A stretch of DNA of 64,000 bases, from the IMG/VR virus record IMGVR_UViG_3300021400_000026; one strand, 5' to 3'. Made by a program: the position numbers and the translations under genes. Below the pieces are notes generated by a model that did no database searches, had not been told where the DNA came from, and saw nothing but the letters and a program-made list of their open reading frames with translations. This DNA is from a virus. Shown here piece after piece: positions 35,617 through 44,757 of this stretch (positions are counted from its first letter, which is position 1; the number at the start of each line of letters is the position of its first letter).

Positions 35617-36315
35617 TTATTCTTCATTAAATTGCGTTTCAATCCATTTCTCTACGTGCCCTGCGAGTGTCTGTCCCAGCTGCTGTGCTGCCTGTTCCAT
35701 GTCGCTGCTCATGCTGTGGAAGAATGAGCGTGGAGCGATATTGCCGCGTCTACCCCATGAAGCCCTTGAACCGTGTCCGGTTGGTCCGTAAGATTTTGCC
35801 GTGCGCACATCAGTTCCGTTTTCTAAAAAGCGCAAAATAAATGATCTATCTGGGCCATAATACTCATTGATGTCTTTGGTTCGTTTGCTAACATATCGGG
35901 GTTTGATTTTGCCTGGCTCATACAGGCGCTTGTGGCTACTAATCCGGCCTCGATTTCCTCCTATGTTTATATTGCCCCCGAACTCACCTTTATACATTCG
36001 GCGAAGCACGGCAGACGATGCGCTTCCAGCACCAACGCCACGGGCTTTCTGCACGGCACGGGCACGCATAATACCCAGCACCTTGCCAAGTTCTGCACGC
36101 ACCAGTTCAGAGAACCAACCATCGAATTCCTGCAACGACATGTTGCCGCCTTTGACCATTGCGACATTCTGAGTCACGCGGTCTTGGAGTTGTAGCTTAC
36201 GAAGCACACTATCGACAGCCTTTTCGAGATTCTTCAATCCAGAAAAGTCTGCCATCAAACCGTCGATACGGTTGTTGGTGACGTTGAGTCCTTTGAAACC
36301 ACTTACTAATGCCAT
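35617..36315 (-). CDS. hypothetical protein (HK97 gp10-like motif)
   Basis: 232 aa with FILRFLENGT...RGNIAPRSFF. Confidence 0.4.
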   Translation of the reverse strand: MALVSGFKGLNVTNNRIDGLMADFSGLKNLEKAVDSVLRKLQLQDRVTQNVAMVKGGNMSLQEFDGWFSELVRAELGKVLGIMRARAVQKARGVGAGSASSAVLRRMYKGEFGGNINIGGNRGRISSHKRLYEPGKIKPRYVSKRTKDINEYYGPDRSFILRFLENGTDVRTAKSYGPTGHGSRASWGRRGNIAPRSFFHSMSSDMEQAAQQLGQTLAGHVEKWIETQFNEE

Positions 36316-36354
36316 AAAAAATGCCCGATTAGCTGTTACACTAATCGGGCATTT
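36316..36354 (-). terminator. intrinsic terminator
   Basis: On the minus strand, AAATGCCCGATTAG-8 nt-CTAATCGGGCATTT (14-bp stem) followed by TTTTT. Confidence 0.75.
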
Positions 36355-36371
36355 CGCTTGTAGGGGTTTAC

Positions 36372-36893
36372 TTATCCCTCCAGGTCGGGCTGGGTGCCGC
36401 CACCCTCGCCGCCTTCTCCGCCATCGCCGTTGCCGGTCTTGGCAACATAGGCTTTGGTCTCGATGCCGACACGCTTCACCTGATACTCCTCCTTCTCCAA
36501 CAGGTCGGTGAATTTCTGCATACAGGTGGCACGGACGCGACAGGTGACACCGCCCGCCTTGTCGATCAGGTCGCCAGCGTTGTCCTCGGTGAGCTCGGTC
36601 ACCGTCGGGTCGAGTTCCTTGGCACGGGCAAGGTTGATATTGCCACCCTTGATGTGGATGTCGGGGAAGATGCGGATGGCCACCTCGTCGCCCGCGTTCA
36701 GCTGGATGGCAAAGCCCTCGGCCATCTTCTCGGCTGCGGCTTTGCAGAAGTTCTCCAGCACGGCTGCTGCCACCTGCTCAGGTATGAGCGCATTCTGATG
36801 CGAAATCTCACGAGCAAGTGCCTTCGTGTCGCAGGTACGGAGCACTTCATTGGCCGTAATCGTTTTCTCACTCTGTAGGGCTTCATTGCCCAT
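36372..36893 (-). CDS. HU-like DNA-binding protein, second copy
   Basis: The real start is taken as MGNEALQSEK (alternative at 36920). Contains ALAREISHQNALIPEQVAAAVLENF...GFAIQL. The track's 402-aa ORF is a read-through artefact. Confidence 0.55.
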   Translation of the reverse strand: MGNEALQSEKTITANEVLRTCDTKALAREISHQNALIPEQVAAAVLENFCKAAAEKMAEGFAIQLNAGDEVAIRIFPDIHIKGGNINLARAKELDPTVTELTEDNAGDLIDKAGGVTCRVRATCMQKFTDLLEKEEYQVKRVGIETKAYVAKTGNGDGGEGGEGGGTQPDLEG

Positions 36894-36944
36894 GTTCAGT
36901 TGTCCTTTGTAATCAATCATAAAATAAAGGTTTTTAGGGTTTAT

Positions 36945-37016
36945 ACTATAAAGGGTGTGACCCTTTTTACTATAAAGGGTGTGACCCTTTTTACTATAAA
37001 GGTCGGCACCCTTTTT
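36945..37016. repeat. 3 tandem 24-bp units, each with a 7-bp-arm palindrome
   Basis: ACTATAAAGGGTGTGACCCTTTTT x2 plus a variant unit. The core TATAAAGGGTG is shared with 17206..17269. Confidence 0.85.
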
Positions 37017-37024
37017 GGGGGTCG

Positions 37025-37537
37025 CTATTTTCCGAGTACCATCATATAGGCATAGATGAAGGTGATGGCGAAGCACATCATCTCGGCCCAGAAGGTCTGC
37101 GTGGGCCAATCGTGATTGTCGCGCGTCTTCCAGATGAACACACCCACCCACGGGAGCCACAGCAGGATCAGCTTCGGACGGTTGAATGCCACGAGTCCCA
37201 TAGCGCTGAGGGCGCAGACGACGGCCGAAACGAGGTGTACGCGGTAGGCCATGTCGCTCTTGTCCTTGACCAGCGGGCAGCCCGCCACGAAGAGCAGGCC
37301 TGCACAGGCAAAGAAAGCCAGGAACTGGGCACGATGGGCCGTGCCGATGAGTACGGGAGCCAGGGCGAAGACGACGGCTGCGATGACCGCCGTCCACAGC
37401 CACGCGCCCTTCCTTGGCAGGAAGAAAACGGAGGCCGAGAGAGAACGGGGGATGCCGTTTTGGGCACACAGGATGACGGTGTAGGCTATCAGCAACACGG
37501 CAGCGATGGTGATAAGGATGAAGAATGTTGTGATCAT
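37025..37537 (-). CDS. polytopic membrane protein (paralog of 28311..28814)
   Basis: 170 aa with ~5 TM segments. Confidence 0.7.
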   Translation of the reverse strand: MITTFFILITIAAVLLIAYTVILCAQNGIPRSLSASVFFLPRKGAWLWTAVIAAVVFALAPVLIGTAHRAQFLAFFACAGLLFVAGCPLVKDKSDMAYRVHLVSAVVCALSAMGLVAFNRPKLILLWLPWVGVFIWKTRDNHDWPTQTFWAEMMCFAITFIYAYMMVLGK

Positions 37538-37544
37538 TGTTCTG

Positions 37545-37589
37545 ACATAAAAAAAGAAACTCGCCGATTAGTCGGCTCACTAATCGGCG
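37545..37589 (-). terminator. intrinsic terminator
   Basis: On the minus strand, CGCCGATTAGT-6 nt-ACTAATCGGCG followed by a T-rich run. Confidence 0.7.
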
Positions 37590-37606
37590 GTTATAGTACC
37601 TGGGGT

Positions 37607-37941
37607 TTACTCTTCCGTCTGGCTGTTGATCGCATCCATCACGTCCAGCAGTTCTTCCACGTCTTCAGCAGAGATGGGCGGCTCGTCGTCGTCATCGTCG
37701 AAGTCGAAGAGCATGGGGAACATGTCGGCCACGGTCTTGCCCTGTGGGTCGCGCATGACGTGGATGGCGGCATAGACGCATTCAGCCATCAGTTGATGCT
37801 TCAGCAGGTCGCGGCGACGGTAGCCGCGAATAATACGGCGCACCTCCCAGAAGCGGAGGTCGTAGAGAAACTCACGGCGAGGGATTCCGATTTCGCCCAC
37901 TAACAACTGATAGATGTCGTGGGCGTTGCTTAGTTTTTTCC
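37607..37941 (-). CDS. tail assembly chaperone, -1 frameshift (T-like) extension
   Basis: The -1 frame is open from the slippery site through 37607 (KKLSNAHDIYQLLVGEIGIPRREF...). Confidence 0.65.
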
Positions 37942-38313
37942 CTTACCCTTTCCTTTCGCTGGCTTTTCGGCTGGCTCGCCATTGGGGATGTTATAGAACT
38001 TCGCCCAAAGGTTGATGATGGTGCCGAGAGCCTTGCCGAGTTCGAGGGGCGTAGTGTCGTTCATCAGGTCGGTGTCCTTGATAGGTGCGTCTTTGTCTTG
38101 GCTCTGATAGTAGGCCATGACTGCAGACAGCACGAGGTAGATGCTGCGCTTAGCGTCCGGCATCCGTGCGGGCTTGGCATTGACGCAGGCGATGGTCTCC
38201 TGGATGATGGCGGCAATGTCTTCGCCCGACAGGTCTTTGTAGGCGATTTCGGTGGCGTAGCAGTAGCCAAGTGTGACGGGCTTGCCTGCAAGTGTAATTT
38301 CTTCGTGGATCAT
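37930..38313 (-). CDS. tail assembly chaperone (G-like)
   Basis: 127 aa, downstream of the tube genes. Ends in the slippery site. Confidence 0.7.
   Translation of the reverse strand: MIHEEITLAGKPVTLGYCYATEIAYKDLSGEDIAAIIQETIACVNAKPARMPDAKRSIYLVLSAVMAYYQSQDKDAPIKDTDLMNDTTPLELGKALGTIINLWAKFYNIPNGEPAEKPAKGKGKGKN
37936..37942 (-). other. -1 programmed frameshift slippery heptamer G_GGA_AAA
   Basis: GGGAAAA lies 2 codons before the G-like stop. The -1 frame is continuous with ORF 37607..37906. Confidence 0.65.
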
Positions 38314-38405
38314 AGTTGCTTGATATTTTTGGGATTAGGGTTGCGATGGAATCGCAACATACTGAAAAAAGGAGAGGGCGGCTGTCCCGCCCTCCGCTGG
38401 CGGGA

Positions 38406-38849
38406 TTATGTGAGTGAGCCGGGCACCAGCGGGCCGTATCCGTTGATGGTGCCGCTGTAGGTGACCTGTTGAGAGACTTGGCCGGTAGCCTGAACGTTGG
38501 TCATCTTGCCATGACCAGAGCAAATGACTGTGCCCATTGTGCGGTTCTGTTCGCCGCTGGCGAGGGCAATCTTCCAGTTGATGATTTCGTCGTTCACCTT
38601 GCCTTCCATGTCAGCAAAGGTCTTGCCGGTGTCCGTGCCGCTGGCAACGAGGGCAGAGAAGTTGATGTCGTAGGTGCGACCAACCACGTCGTTCTCGTCC
38701 CATACGGCACCCGTGGAGTCGGTGGTGTCCTTGGTCGTGCTGTTCTCTGTCTGGGCTGAGCCATGAAGACTGAGTTCGGTGCTCATGGCGATCACCTTGT
38801 TGCTGCTACCTTCTACGATGAAGAGTCTGAGATGTTGTCCTTTTTCCAT
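38406..38849 (-). CDS. major tail/tube protein paralog
   Basis: 147 aa, called from position and similarity of pattern to 38870..39292. Confidence 0.55.
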   Translation of the reverse strand: MEKGQHLRLFIVEGSSNKVIAMSTELSLHGSAQTENSTTKDTTDSTGAVWDENDVVGRTYDINFSALVASGTDTGKTFADMEGKVNDEIINWKIALASGEQNRTMGTVICSGHGKMTNVQATGQVSQQVTYSGTINGYGPLVPGSLT

Positions 38850-38869
38850 TGTCGTAATGTTTTAGAGGG

Positions 38870-39292
38870 TTATGCCAAAGCTCCGCTGCCCATGTACTGG
38901 CGCGTCACCTGAATGTTGGTACGGTTGTTGGCCTGGATGGTGAAGTCATTGAGAATGGCCTGACCCGAGCGGGCGAAGGCGGCGTTGTTGGGTGTGCGGT
39001 TCTGGGAGCCTGCTATTTCCTTGGTCTCGTCCCAGCCGACGGTCACTTTGTTGTCGCTGACGAACTGCTGGATGACGGCGATGAGCGCGGCGGCGGTGGC
39101 CTCGTAGGAATCGACCTGCACCGACCATGAGCGCGAGGTCATCTGCTCCATGCCGAACGAGCCCTCAGAATCCTTGGTTTTTGCGTCTTCCATATTGCCG
39201 GTGATGCTCACCTGACAGCTGGAGGCTTCAGGGACGGCATTGCCTCCGACGAATGCACGGAAGTTCTGACCTTTAAGTTTCTTTAATGCCAT
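38870..39292 (-). CDS. major tail/tube protein paralog
   Basis: 140 aa, called from position. Confidence 0.55.
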   Translation of the reverse strand: MALKKLKGQNFRAFVGGNAVPEASSCQVSITGNMEDAKTKDSEGSFGMEQMTSRSWSVQVDSYEATAAALIAVIQQFVSDNKVTVGWDETKEIAGSQNRTPNNAAFARSGQAILNDFTIQANNRTNIQVTRQYMGSGALA

Positions 39293-39298
39293 AGTTGT

Positions 39299-39508
39299 TT
39301 ACTTTTTGGTGATTGTTACTGTCTGTTCGAAGCTGAAGGTGTCGGGGTGGTACTGGCAGATGGTGCGCGTCCACTTGGTGTCTTCGGGGAGAGAGTCAAC
39401 CAGTGTCTGGCACTGGCTGTAGATTTCCTCGCGGCTCTTGGCCGTGAGCGTCACGCTGCCCTTGCTGAGCAGCTCTTCGATGAGTGTGGTTTTGATGCCG
39501 TTATCCAT
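39299..39508 (-). CDS. hypothetical protein
   Basis: 69-aa track ORF. Confidence 0.55.
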   Translation of the reverse strand: MDNGIKTTLIEELLSKGSVTLTAKSREEIYSQCQTLVDSLPEDTKWTRTICQYHPDTFSFEQTVTITKK

Positions 39509-39510
39509 AA

Positions 39511-39933
39511 CTACTTATTGGTGTCGCATTGATAGGTAAGCAACTGATAGCAGCAGGGCTTGTCGGGGTCATAGTCCACGCGGCCCGCAGAGAACTGCCA
39601 ACCGATGGGGGTCAGCGGTTCGCCTTGGTGTGCTTCCCAATAGTCGCATAGCGTCTGGCGCACAAGTTCGGTCATGTCGCCAAGCGCGTCGCAGTCCTCA
39701 TGCACACACAGAATGCTGACCGTCACGCGGTCTTCGTCGCCCTCCACGCCGTCATCCTTCGTGTCGGCGTTGTTCTGCAAGCCGTCGAAGGTGATGATGA
39801 TGTAGGGGATTTTGTCTTCGTCCTCGTCCACCGTAGGGCGGGCGGGATTGAAGATGCGGTCATCCACGATGGCCGTCACATCTTCGCTCTGTGTCAGTGC
39901 GCTGTAGAAGAATTTGTCCGTGAGTAGGCTCAT
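39511..39933 (-). CDS. tail completion/terminator-like protein (DUF3168-like)
   Basis: 140 aa, called from position and pattern. Confidence 0.45.
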   Translation of the reverse strand: MSLLTDKFFYSALTQSEDVTAIVDDRIFNPARPTVDEDEDKIPYIIITFDGLQNNADTKDDGVEGDEDRVTVSILCVHEDCDALGDMTELVRQTLCDYWEAHQGEPLTPIGWQFSAGRVDYDPDKPCCYQLLTYQCDTNK

Positions 39934-39940
39934 ACTGCTG

Positions 39941-40336
39941 TCAGTTGCTTTGGTTAATAATCATTGTTACGACGAACTCCAGCAGACGACCACCGACGTA
40001 GCCCTGTAGGTAGGCCGCCTGTTCAGTGCCAAGCGTCACGCCGTAGTATTCGGCGACGTGGGCCTGTACGTGATCGGTCTCGTGGTCGATGGTGTTCAGG
40101 AACTCCCGCAGGCTGGTGGCTCGGCCAATACACACGATGCTTTCGCACCGACCCATCGAGGTGAGCGTATAGCCTGCGTTCCATCCCTGCAGGTTGCTGA
40201 CGGCATCTTCCACCATCTGACGCGGGGCACCCAGCGAGCGGAGCATTGCGCCCACTTCGCCGAGGTCTTGCGGCCATACGTCGTAGAGTACGGTCACGTC
40301 CCAGTAGCCTTCGATGGATAGATGCTGTGCTGTCAT
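39941..40336 (-). CDS. hypothetical protein with HExxH motif
   Basis: 131 aa with DHETDH. Confidence 0.5.
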   Translation of the reverse strand: MTAQHLSIEGYWDVTVLYDVWPQDLGEVGAMLRSLGAPRQMVEDAVSNLQGWNAGYTLTSMGRCESIVCIGRATSLREFLNTIDHETDHVQAHVAEYYGVTLGTEQAAYLQGYVGGRLLEFVVTMIINQSN

Positions 40337-40349
40337 TCGTCAATTCACT

Positions 40350-40697
40350 TTAGAGTTGGTTGCGGTTCTCGGCACCGTTGCGCCCGTAGGCATCGCGCTG
40401 GCCTTTCATGTAGGCTTCGCGCTCCTCGGGAGTCATGTAGTCGAGGTGCTGGCCTTCCATGTGCTTGTCGCGCATAGCCTGCTCGTAGCCCTCGCGGTAG
40501 CCGTCACGGTAGCCCTGTTCAAACTCACGGCCAACGGTCATGGTGCGGTAGTTACCGCCCGTGCCGCCCGTTCGGAACTGGTGGCGCATCTGTTCGCGCA
40601 TCTGTTCCTTCAGGTCTTGGCCGTCGTTGGTCAAAATGATTGTTCCGCTGTTTGGATCGTAAATCATTGCTTTATCTGTTTTTATCGCAGTCGCCAT
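40350..40697 (-). CDS. hypothetical protein
   Basis: 115-aa track ORF. Confidence 0.6.
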   Translation of the reverse strand: MATAIKTDKAMIYDPNSGTIILTNDGQDLKEQMREQMRHQFRTGGTGGNYRTMTVGREFEQGYRDGYREGYEQAMRDKHMEGQHLDYMTPEEREAYMKGQRDAYGRNGAENRNQL

Positions 40698-40699
40698 GA

Positions 40700-41251
40700 C
40701 TATGAATCCTTTTTCCCTCCCTTCGTTGCGGGTGTCGGTGTGCCGCCGCTCAGTTTCTCCAGCAGTTCGAGCGTCTTGGCCTGCATATCCTTCATGCCCT
40801 GGAGTTCGCCCTTCGTCGCTGCCAGTTCTGCCTGTAGGCTCTCAATGGTCTCAGCCTGCTTACGAGTGGCCGCATAGCCGGGGTTGATGACCTCCTTGCA
40901 CTTGGGGCCGTCCTGCTTCAGCTTCTTGTAGTAGTTGAGATTCTGGAGAATCTTGTCGGCTTCGCTCACCTTCTCGTCGATGATGCGCTCAGCCGTCTCG
41001 CGGTTGCCCGTGTAGATTTCCGGCTCACGGCCAGCCACTTCGAGGCCGACGGGTAGCCCTGGTACCAGCCTGTCTTGACCACCGATGTTCACGGTGAGGT
41101 CAACCAACTGGGAGTTGAGCGTGTTGTTCATCGGCCAGTAGGGTGCCGATTTGCCTTTCACTGTGCCGACGGCTACCTGTAAGCCGCCGTTGGTGCTGAT
41201 AACGTAGAAGTTCGCACCGATTGGGAGTTCTGAAAAATTATTCATAGTCAT
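40700..41251 (-). CDS. hypothetical head-associated protein
   Basis: 183 aa with the catagtt start context. Confidence 0.6.
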   Translation of the reverse strand: MTMNNFSELPIGANFYVISTNGGLQVAVGTVKGKSAPYWPMNNTLNSQLVDLTVNIGGQDRLVPGLPVGLEVAGREPEIYTGNRETAERIIDEKVSEADKILQNLNYYKKLKQDGPKCKEVINPGYAATRKQAETIESLQAELAATKGELQGMKDMQAKTLELLEKLSGGTPTPATKGGKKDS

Positions 41252-41282
41252 AGTTCTTTTGATTGTTAATACTCTTGTTAAT

Positions 41283-41657
41283 TTATCCTTGCTGATTTGT
41301 TGCAGCAGCGGCTGGTGCCGGAGTGCTCAGCAGTTGGAGGATGTTGTTGCCGAGGTCGTTGAACACTTCCAGTACGCCTGTCCCCTGAAGGTCGGCCACC
41401 GTCACGGGCTGGCCTCCGAAGAAGGTCAACTGGCGGGTGTTGCCGTTCAGCGAAAGCGTCACGGGCAGCGCGGCATCGGTTCCTGCCGGGATGGCCGTAC
41501 CGATACGGACGTAAATCGTCCCGGTCGGTGCTATGTTGCGGTCGCCCATTGAGAGGTTCACGGCAGTAGTCCCAACGGTGATGTTCGTCACCATCAGGTA
41601 CGGCACGTAACCGTCAACGAACGGCACTTGGTTACAATTACAGTTGCAGCAGTTCAT
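41283..41657 (-). CDS. hypothetical protein, N-terminal MNCCNCNCN
   Basis: 124 aa. A Cys-rich N-terminus is followed by a beta-rich body. Confidence 0.6.
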   Translation of the reverse strand: MNCCNCNCNQVPFVDGYVPYLMVTNITVGTTAVNLSMGDRNIAPTGTIYVRIGTAIPAGTDAALPVTLSLNGNTRQLTFFGGQPVTVADLQGTGVLEVFNDLGNNILQLLSTPAPAAAATNQQG

Positions 41658-41676
41658 GTCTTGCCTCCTTTCTCGT

Positions 41677-42561
41677 TTAGAAACCGCCGCGATAGCCGTA
41701 GGGATAGCCGTTGAAGCCGGGCCAGTTGCTGTTGGGTGTGTTGTTCACCACCTGAAGGTTCGGGTACTGAACGGGAACGGTGTTCGGCATCTTGTCGAGC
41801 ATCTCCTTGACGGTGGCCTGGATGGGAGCCAGCTGTGCGTTCACGTAGCCGATAATCTGTGAGGTCTGTGCGTTTATGTTGTCCTTCGTGCGCAGCTGAC
41901 TGATTTCGTCGGCCTGCTTGTCGATGATGGCCTGCATGTCGCGCTCGCGGGCATCGCAGAACTCCTTGATCATGGTGGTCTTCAGGTCTGCAATGGCATC
42001 CACCTGACGCTGGCCCTGTGCGTTGATGCTGCCCTTCAGGTCGTTGGTCTGCTCGATGGTCTGGATGCGTCCCTCGTAGCCCTGCTGGGTGGTCAGCAAG
42101 CGGTTGTCGCAGCAGCACTTAGCGAGCTGAGAAGCGAGGTTGCAATCACCCTGCTGGAGTGCGTTGATGACCTGGAGGAAGCCCATGCCGTTGGCACTTG
42201 CCAGATTGCTGATAGCAGCCTGTACGCCCATGACAGCTGGAAGCACGGTATTGTAGTTCTGACCCATCGACGTAGCGAGGTTCTGAATGGCTGCACGGCT
42301 GGCTGCACCCTCTGCTGTAACGGCCTGGAGAGCCAGTGCGCTGTCCACATTCGGGCAGTTACAGTTGCCACAACGGTTGCCGAACTGGCCGTTTCCGAAG
42401 ATGTTGGGGAAGATGCTGGCGACGATGGCGAAGCCGAACAAATCCATGAGGCTCGTCTGACCGTTGCCGAATGGTCCGCCGTTTCCGGCTACTGGGAGGA
42501 GCGTTGTTCCTCCATTCTGATTACCCCCGTTCTGGGGAAGCTGAATAATTTCACTTGGCAT
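41677..42561 (-). CDS. hypothetical Gly/Asn/Cys-rich protein
   Basis: 294 aa with RCGNCNCPN and KCCCDN motifs. First gene after the capsid gene. Confidence 0.6.
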   Translation of the reverse strand: MPSEIIQLPQNGGNQNGGTTLLPVAGNGGPFGNGQTSLMDLFGFAIVASIFPNIFGNGQFGNRCGNCNCPNVDSALALQAVTAEGAASRAAIQNLATSMGQNYNTVLPAVMGVQAAISNLASANGMGFLQVINALQQGDCNLASQLAKCCCDNRLLTTQQGYEGRIQTIEQTNDLKGSINAQGQRQVDAIADLKTTMIKEFCDARERDMQAIIDKQADEISQLRTKDNINAQTSQIIGYVNAQLAPIQATVKEMLDKMPNTVPVQYPNLQVVNNTPNSNWPGFNGYPYGYRGGF

Positions 42562-42745
42562 AATGCTTAGAAATTTTAATTGTTAAACTTATACATACGG
42601 CACCTTGCCGTACACTTACCTGTTGATTTGTTGTCTTGGGTTTACTCTTTTAAGAAAGCCCGCAGGCTCGGTCATGGCTGTTGCTGGTGCATCGCCGCCG
42701 TCCTGCGGGCCGATTATCAAGAACTATGAACTTGATGTGAGAGTG

Positions 42746-43981
42746 TTAGTCGCCAATCTCGTTGCTGCTGGAGCCGGTCTTGCTATAGACCACGAAGCCG
42801 TCGGCACCGTCCTTCAGCACGGTCATCGAGAAGTCGGCGTTGATGGTCACGATCACCTCGTCGGTGTCGGCTGCCAGTGCAGAGGTAGCATCAATCGAGA
42901 GACGGATGTTGCCGTGCTGCATGGTGGGCAGGTACTTGAAGTTTCCAAGTCCGATGTTGTGACCCTCGAGCGCACCCTTCTGGGTGGCGCGGTTGATGGC
43001 GTTGTTGGCGATGACGGGAATGCCCAGCAGACGGTTGTCGTTGCCGATGAGCATGATGCCAGAGCCTGCATCCAGCGGAGTGACCTTGGCCAGCCAGAAG
43101 TCGGCAGCGCCCATCACGAATACCACGTTGTCGAGCTTGATGTTACGAGAGGCGAGCTTGCCAATCATCTCAGCAGCGACTTCCTTGGTCAGCGTGGTGT
43201 AGGTGCCTGTCTGCTTGCCCGGCACGTAGCCAGCAGCGCCGTAGGTGCCCTGCTCGGCATCCTGTGCGAAACCGCCGTACAGAGTCTCGGTGGCCTTGGT
43301 GGTAGAGGCAGCGGCCCAGTTGATCTTGTCGCGCAGAGCGTTGGCGACGTGGGTAACGATGTAGCCCTGGAGGTCGAAGGCAGAGTTCTCCAGCACCTGA
43401 TTGCTGACGCGGACGCGCAGGGTCAGGCGGTTCTGGATAGGTGTCTGCTTGTCGAGCGAGATCTTGCGCTCGGTGGTCTTTGCCAACTCGTTGGCGAAGA
43501 CGGCTTCCACGCCACCGGCGAAGGCCCACTGAATCTTGTTGCCTACCACGCCCGTTGTCATGGGCACACCGGCGGTCAGCAGGATGTCGTCGTCCTTGCG
43601 CTCGGTGTCGATGAGGTCAACGACGGTGATGCCCTGCACGTAGGGAGTGGTGTCGGCGGTGCTCATGGCCTCTCGGTTCAGAGGCAGCATGAAGGAGTCG
43701 CCCTTCTTGGCGGTCTTGATGAACTCGCGCAGCTGGGTGTTCACGTCCACCTTCGGGGCAGAGGTCAGCGAGCGGTTCTGCTTCTCGTTGAGCAGCATCT
43801 TGGACTCGCGCTCCACGGCCTTGTACTCTACTTCGAGGCTTTCGCGCTCTGCGGTCTTGGCAGCACGCTCCTCGTCGGTCAACTCACGGTTGAGCAGGTC
43901 GTTCTCGACCACGCCCAGTTTGTCTGAAAGCTCGCGCTGGTATGCCAGAGCGGCTTCGACGTTTTCAAACTTTTTCTTCAT
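42746..43981 (-). CDS. major capsid protein (HK97-type)
   Basis: 411 aa directly after the prohead protease. N-terminal coiled-coil delta-like region. Confidence 0.75.
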   Translation of the reverse strand: MKKKFENVEAALAYQRELSDKLGVVENDLLNRELTDEERAAKTAERESLEVEYKAVERESKMLLNEKQNRSLTSAPKVDVNTQLREFIKTAKKGDSFMLPLNREAMSTADTTPYVQGITVVDLIDTERKDDDILLTAGVPMTTGVVGNKIQWAFAGGVEAVFANELAKTTERKISLDKQTPIQNRLTLRVRVSNQVLENSAFDLQGYIVTHVANALRDKINWAAASTTKATETLYGGFAQDAEQGTYGAAGYVPGKQTGTYTTLTKEVAAEMIGKLASRNIKLDNVVFVMGAADFWLAKVTPLDAGSGIMLIGNDNRLLGIPVIANNAINRATQKGALEGHNIGLGNFKYLPTMQHGNIRLSIDATSALAADTDEVIVTINADFSMTVLKDGADGFVVYSKTGSSSNEIGD

Positions 43982-44002
43982 GTCCTAAAACGTTTTAAGG
44001 GG

Positions 44003-44725
44003 TTAATAATTGAAGTTGTCTAATTCCATCTCACGGCGACGCTGCTCTTGCAGCATCTTGATTTTCTCGCGCTCCTGTGCCAGTTCCTTCTCGTGGCGTT
44101 CGCGCTCCTGCTGGAGTCGGGCTTCCTCGTCGGCCTTGCGCTTGGCTTCCTCGGCCTCACGCTTGGCAGTCGGGGTCTCGTTCCACATTTCACGCGCATT
44201 GACCTGTGTGGCACGGTATGCGGGGTCCATGCCGATGGTCAGTGCTGTGATGGCCTTGAAACGCTTGTGGGTGATGCGCACTTCCTTGTCGGCACCGCGC
44301 TCCTCCACTTCGTACTGGTCTGGGATGAACTCGAAGGAACATCCGCTGTAAACGCCCGTGCGTACCAGTTCCAGCGCACGGTCGCCGATGTCACACTTGG
44401 GAGCGTCGAACTCGAAGTTCACGCCCTTGCCGTCCACACTCAGCCTGAGTGAGCCGCGTCCCTCCTTGCAGCGTGCAAGGGTCAGCTGGCGGTCGTGCAG
44501 CATATTCAGCTTGATGTCCTGAGTGTTCAGGAATGCCATCTGTGCTGCCTCGGGCTTGATTATTTCCCGGAATCTCTGTCCCCAGTCGTCAAGCACCTCC
44601 GATTCAGAATTGAATACGATGGCTGTGCCTGTGATGGTGCGAGACTCGCCCTGCGAACCTTCTGCCGCTTCTCTAACGGCCAGCTCGCACTCAATAGTTC
44701 TGATTTCTCGTTTTGTTGCATCCAT
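44003..44725 (-). CDS. HK97-family prohead protease with coiled-coil tail
   Basis: Contains ITGTAIVFN...LNMLHDRQ...GCSFEF. Lys/Glu-rich C-terminus. Confidence 0.75.
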   Translation of the reverse strand: MDATKREIRTIECELAVREAAEGSQGESRTITGTAIVFNSESEVLDDWGQRFREIIKPEAAQMAFLNTQDIKLNMLHDRQLTLARCKEGRGSLRLSVDGKGVNFEFDAPKCDIGDRALELVRTGVYSGCSFEFIPDQYEVEERGADKEVRITHKRFKAITALTIGMDPAYRATQVNAREMWNETPTAKREAEEAKRKADEEARLQQERERHEKELAQEREKIKMLQEQRRREMELDNFNY

Positions 44726-44757
44726 ATCACTTTTTTAATTGATGGTTTACTTATTGG

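Noticed and set aside
36372-37580. 402-aa ORF in the track
   Set aside because: The N-terminal ~230 aa are Arg/Pro/His-rich read-through. They run antisense-frame across the 37025..37537 membrane gene and through the 24-bp repeats (…LYSKKGHTLYSKKGHTLYS…). The real gene is the HU-like C-terminal part starting at 36893 or 36920.
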